The notes beneath the pieces are model-generated. The model ran no database searches. It was not told where the DNA came from and saw nothing but the letters and a program-made list of their open reading frames with translations. This document shows, one piece after another, positions 16,501-20,000 of a stretch of DNA of 20,000 nucleotides (positions are counted from its first letter, which is position 1; every line of letters begins with the position of its first letter). The DNA comes from an uncultured virus (IMG/VR IMGVR_UViG_3300028800_000075). Lineage: Duplodnaviria; Heunggongvirae; Uroviricota; Caudoviricetes. The stretch lies in IMG/VR virus record IMGVR_UViG_3300028800_000075; one strand, given 5' to 3'. The translations under genes were made by a program, and so were the position numbers.

Positions 16501-17246
16501 TGCCGGGGTTAGTACAGATCTATGGCCGCACCGGGTGCGGCCCGGGCGATAGTGGACTGTTACCTAACAAGTTCTTACCGGGCCTCTCGTTGTGGCTACG
16601 CTCCGACTTGGGCATCTCGACAGTGAGTGGCCTCGTTGCCTCGTGGGCTGACCAATCGCCCATGGGCAATGGTTGTTCGCAGGCCACCGCAGCCTTGCGG
16701 CCGACGTATAACCCCTCAGGTGGCCTCAAAAACTTGCCCTATTTGGTGGGTGGTGCAGGTCCTGTCATGTTGTCATCAACGACCAACGTGGTGCCCTCAG
16801 ATCACGATCGAACCGTGTGGATCGTGATGACCGTCGGCACGGGTAACCCAAGCGGATTGTTTGAATTCAAGCTGGCGTCGCCCTATTGTGCGCTCTACAT
16901 TGAGGATCAAGTGTCGGGCCCGGCATACATCTACTCGGACGGCGTCACCCTGTCGATTAATCAGACGAATAAACTGGTCAACGTTGGTGAATCGCACCTG
17001 TTGGAGTATGACCTCTCGACCACGTCAAACGTTGCCCTCTACATCGATGGTAACATCTGCACACTCGATCACGCTAGCAACATGCCAACGGAGGCGGGCG
17101 GCTCGGCGGGGTACCAGGTGTTGGCGAGCTACGTGCCTTTTCTCGGCAACTTCTATGAAGTCATTGTCATCGATCACTTAGCAACAGTATTTGAACGGGC
17201 GTTGGTCAATGCCTACGTGCAAGCGAGGTACGGTTCGACACTATGA
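16500..17246 (+). CDS. LamG/concanavalin A-like jelly-roll protein, paralog 3
   Basis: GLSLWLRSDLG...VASWADQSPMGN...RPTY...FLGNFYEVIVIDHL...YVQARYG; TAATG overlap. Confidence 0.75.
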   Translation: MPGLVQIYGRTGCGPGDSGLLPNKFLPGLSLWLRSDLGISTVSGLVASWADQSPMGNGCSQATAALRPTYNPSGGLKNLPYLVGGAGPVMLSSTTNVVPSDHDRTVWIVMTVGTGNPSGLFEFKLASPYCALYIEDQVSGPAYIYSDGVTLSINQTNKLVNVGESHLLEYDLSTTSNVALYIDGNICTLDHASNMPTEAGGSAGYQVLASYVPFLGNFYEVIVIDHLATVFERALVNAYVQARYGSTL

Positions 17247-17282
17247 TACCACTGTTCGTGGTACCGTGTCGCGCCAGGACAA

Positions 17283-17288
17283 TAGTTA
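17283..17288 (+). promoter_or_regulatory. Candidate late promoter motif TAGTTA
   Basis: 7 nt upstream of ATG 17296, with no Shine-Dalgarno in between. Confidence 0.4.
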
Positions 17289-17295
17289 AGCTGCC

Positions 17296-18009
17296 ATGAC
17301 CGTCAGTCCCGCAACAGCGCTGCTAGATCAGAACGGCAACCAGATCGGTCTGGCTGCGTCGCCATTGGCGGTGACCGGCACTGTCAACCTCGCTTCACAG
17401 GTCCAAGTCTCCAACTTCCCGGCGACCCAAAACGTCAGTGGTACCGTCTCGCTCAACATTCCTTCCACCCCCTTGCCCGTCTGGATCCAGGGCACACAGG
17501 CAGTCTCAGGTTCCGTCGCTCTGACCAATTGGCCTGCGACGGTCGGCGTTTCAGGCTCCGTCGCCCTGACCAACTGGCCACTGACCATCAACGTCAGCTC
17601 GTCGGCCGGCGTAGCGATCAGCTATGCCACCAATGCGACAGGCTCACAGTTCACGCAGCCCATTACGTCGGTGACACCCACGCTGACGGCATCGATCTTG
17701 GGTAACGGCGGGACAGTCGCTAGCAGCATCCAGATCCTAGCCGCTAATAATAGTCGCCGAGGCTTCTCAATCACTAGCGACATCAACAACACCGTCAACT
17801 GGCTCATCAACTTGGGCACCACGGCGGCGACGGGTTCTAGCGGCCCGATGGCACTTGGTGGCACCGTCAGCACTGCAGGCAAGTACAGCTTTTATCTGGC
17901 ACCCGGTGACTACTACGAACAAGTCCCGGCTCAATACTTGGGCGCAATACAGGCCTGCATGGCGCCGTCAGGTTCGAATCAGTTCGTGTACGTGGACGAG
18001 TACACCTAA
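17296..18009 (+). CDS. Short putative fibre protein sharing repeats with the giant protein, with a different C-terminal beta domain
   Basis: Contains QVQVSNFPATQNVSG and VSGSVALTNWP modules; C-terminus ILAANNSRRGFSI...YSFYLAPGDYYEQVP..YLGAIQA resembles a recurrent small phage beta-sandwich. Confidence 0.75.
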   Translation: MTVSPATALLDQNGNQIGLAASPLAVTGTVNLASQVQVSNFPATQNVSGTVSLNIPSTPLPVWIQGTQAVSGSVALTNWPATVGVSGSVALTNWPLTINVSSSAGVAISYATNATGSQFTQPITSVTPTLTASILGNGGTVASSIQILAANNSRRGFSITSDINNTVNWLINLGTTAATGSSGPMALGGTVSTAGKYSFYLAPGDYYEQVPAQYLGAIQACMAPSGSNQFVYVDEYT

Positions 18010-18010
18010 A

Positions 18011-18826
18011 GTGGGTCTGCACCGTCATCGCCCACAACTCAAAACGCAGACTTTCAACGCCACCGGCACCTGGGTCTGCCCGCCCAACGTAGTGTTCGTT
18101 TGTCTCTACGGCTTCGGTGGCGGGGGAGGAGGAGGTTCTGGAGGCAGCAATGCGACGCAGGCTGCCGGTGGAGGGGGCGGAGGTGGGTCACTGCAAAGCA
18201 CAGTGATCGTCGCTGTCGTCCCGGGCACTTCCTACACAGTGACGATCGGTGCCGGCGGCACTGCAGGTGCCGCGGCAACGGGTGCCGCTGGTAACAATGG
18301 AGGTGTGGGGTCATCGACCACCTTCGGTGCACTGGCCACCTTTCGTGGAGGTTCGGGCGGTGGAGGTGGCAACGTTACTGCGTCAACAGTCAGCGGCGGC
18401 GGCCAGTGCACTCCTCTACAGGGTCCTAACAACAACTATACCGCAGTTCAAATCAACGCTGCGGGTGCCACATCGACGATCGGTGCCCTTAATGGTTCGC
18501 CGGCTTGCGGAGGCTTCAGTGAATCAGGCGTCCATGCCGGCGCCGCAGGCTCCTATAATTTGGTGGGTACAGGTACTCCGGGTGCAGGTGGTGCTGCCGC
18601 AGGTACACTGGCTGCCGGCGGTGGAGGAGGGGGTGCAGGCCCCAATGGCAACGGCACCAACGGTGGTGCAGGTGTGGCCTCGGGCACTGCCAACACCGCC
18701 ACATCGGCGGCGGCCAACACCGGGGCGGGGGCAGGTGGTGGTGGCGGGCAGGGCGCGGCGGCGACGGCATCTGGTGCAGGCGGCGTCGGGGGTTCGGGAC
18801 AATTGATAGTACAGTGGGTGCAGTGA
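18011..18826 (+). CDS. Glycine-rich domain virion or tail-fibre protein, paralog 1
   Basis: QTFNATGTWVCPPNV..YGFGGGGGGG...VVPGTSYTVTIGAGG...GGSGQLIVQW; start moved to GTG 18011 (MGLHRHRPQL) by alignment with paralog 2 (MGLSQRTPRL). Confidence 0.8.
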   Translation: MGLHRHRPQLKTQTFNATGTWVCPPNVVFVCLYGFGGGGGGGSGGSNATQAAGGGGGGGSLQSTVIVAVVPGTSYTVTIGAGGTAGAAATGAAGNNGGVGSSTTFGALATFRGGSGGGGGNVTASTVSGGGQCTPLQGPNNNYTAVQINAAGATSTIGALNGSPACGGFSESGVHAGAAGSYNLVGTGTPGAGGAAAGTLAAGGGGGGAGPNGNGTNGGAGVASGTANTATSAAANTGAGAGGGGGQGAAATASGAGGVGGSGQLIVQWVQ

Positions 18827-19143
18827 TGGGACTCAGTCAACGAACGCCGAGGCTTCGCAACCAGACTTTCAACGCCACCGGCACTTGGGTCTGCCCACCT
18901 GGTGTCTTTGCGGCTTATCTCTACGGCTTTGGCGGTGGGGGCGGCGGTGGTTCTGGGAGTAGCAATGCGATCCAGGCATGCGGCGGCGGAGGCGGCGCGG
19001 GTTCAGAAGCTAGCTTTATCATCATTGCCGTCGTGCCGGGCAAATCCTACACAGTGACGATCGGTGCCGGCGGCACTGCAGGTGCCGCGGCAACGGGTGC
19101 CGCTGGTAACAATGGAGGTGTGGGGTCATCGACCACCTTCGGT
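18230..19143 (+). repeat. 99-bp identical direct repeat (18230-18328 and 19045-19143) between Gly-rich paralogs 1 and 2
   Basis: Base-by-base comparison by eye. Confidence 0.85.
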
Positions 19144-19638
19144 ACGCTTGCGACGTTCATCGGTGGCTCGGGCGGTTCAGGTGGCACCGCAGGCGCCTCG
19201 GCAACGACCAACGGAGGGGGCCTTTGTTCTCCTCTACGGGGCCCGGCCAACAATTACGGTCTTGTACAACTCGCCGCGACAGGCGCAACGTCAACGATTG
19301 GGGGCTACGTGGGCAGTCCCGCGGGTGGAGGTTTTAGCGAGAGCGGTAACAATGCCGGTAACCCCGGCGCTTACAATTGTGTGGGAACCGGGACGCCAGG
19401 AACGGGTGGGACCCTCGCCTCGGGTTCTGGTTCCGGCGGCGGCGGTGCAGGTCCCAATGGCAATGGCACCAACGGCGTTGCCGGTGTGGCTTCAGGCACG
19501 GCGAACACCGCCACGTCGGCAACGGCCAACACAGGAGCAGGGGCAGGTGGTGGGGGTGGACAGTTCACGGCCGCGACGGCATCAGGAGCCGGCGGCGTGG
19601 GCGGTTCGGGACAATTGACGATTGCATGGGTGCAGTGA
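18826..19638 (+). CDS. Glycine-rich domain virion or tail-fibre protein, paralog 2
   Basis: Same architecture; TGATG overlap at 18824-18828. Confidence 0.8.
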   Translation: MGLSQRTPRLRNQTFNATGTWVCPPGVFAAYLYGFGGGGGGGSGSSNAIQACGGGGGAGSEASFIIIAVVPGKSYTVTIGAGGTAGAAATGAAGNNGGVGSSTTFGTLATFIGGSGGSGGTAGASATTNGGGLCSPLRGPANNYGLVQLAATGATSTIGGYVGSPAGGGFSESGNNAGNPGAYNCVGTGTPGTGGTLASGSGSGGGGAGPNGNGTNGVAGVASGTANTATSATANTGAGAGGGGGQFTAATASGAGGVGGSGQLTIAWVQ

Positions 19639-20000
19639 TGTTGGTCAAGCACGCTCTCAAGGCCTATTCACAGACGTTCACTGCCACAGGTACCTGGGTG
19701 TGCCCGCCCAATGTCGTCACCGCGATCCTGACGGGCTTCGGCGCCGGTGGGGGCGGCGGTGGTGGAGGCAGCAATGCGACGCACGCGACGGGTGGTGGCG
19801 GTGGAGGTGGGTCACTGCAAAGCACAGTGATCGTCGCTGTCGTCCCGGGCACTTCCTATACGGTGACGATCGGTGCTGGCGGCACCGCCGGCACTGGCAA
19901 CGCGGGCAACGTCGGGGGTAACGGCGGCGTCGGGGGGTCGACCACCTTCGGTGCACTGGCCACCTTTCGTGGAGGTTCGGGCGGTGGAGGTGGCAACGTT
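19638..20000 (+). CDS. Glycine-rich domain protein, paralog 3 (3'-truncated by window; absent from ORF track)
   Basis: TGATG overlap; reads MLVKHALKAYSQTFTATGTWVCPPNVVTAILTGFGAGGGG... open to the window end. Confidence 0.85.
   Translation, partial: MLVKHALKAYSQTFTATGTWVCPPNVVTAILTGFGAGGGGGGGGSNATHATGGGGGGGSLQSTVIVAVVPGTSYTVTIGAGGTAGTGNAGNVGGNGGVGGSTTFGALATFRGGSGGGGGNV

Noticed and set aside
17855..18010. N-terminal extension of the first glycine-rich gene in the ORF track
   Set aside because: Overlaps the upstream gene by about 155 nt; paralog alignment supports the GTG at 18011.
15035..20000. Diversity-generating retroelement (template and variable repeats)
   Set aside because: No reverse transcriptase in the window; shared blocks are identical or differ without evident adenine-specific bias, and all lie within intact genes.
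1..20000. Alternative genetic code (stop codon recoding)
   Set aside because: Genes are full-length and densely packed under the standard code, with TAA, TGA and TAG all at sensible gene ends.

Overview
Structural-gene region of a large, GC-rich T4-like (Gp23-capsid) bacteriophage; every credible gene is on the + strand. In order: a 5'-truncated major capsid protein and two small genes; an accessory block (about 3.2-7.4 kb) with small hypothetical genes, a complete one-piece tmRNA (tag ANDNGIADYALVA), an I78/potato-inhibitor-like gene, a Methyltransf_24-type methyltransferase and an AT-richer PD-(D/E)xK endonuclease that appears to have inserted by replacing the methyltransferase 3' end; then a putative virion-fibre module: a 2512-aa modular repeat protein, three tandem LamG/ConA-like paralogs, a short protein sharing the giant protein's repeats, and three tandem glycine-rich paralogs with mosaic identical DNA blocks. 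A TA(C/G)TTA motif precedes several transcription units and is a candidate late promoter. All family calls come from motif recognition by eye, not database searches.
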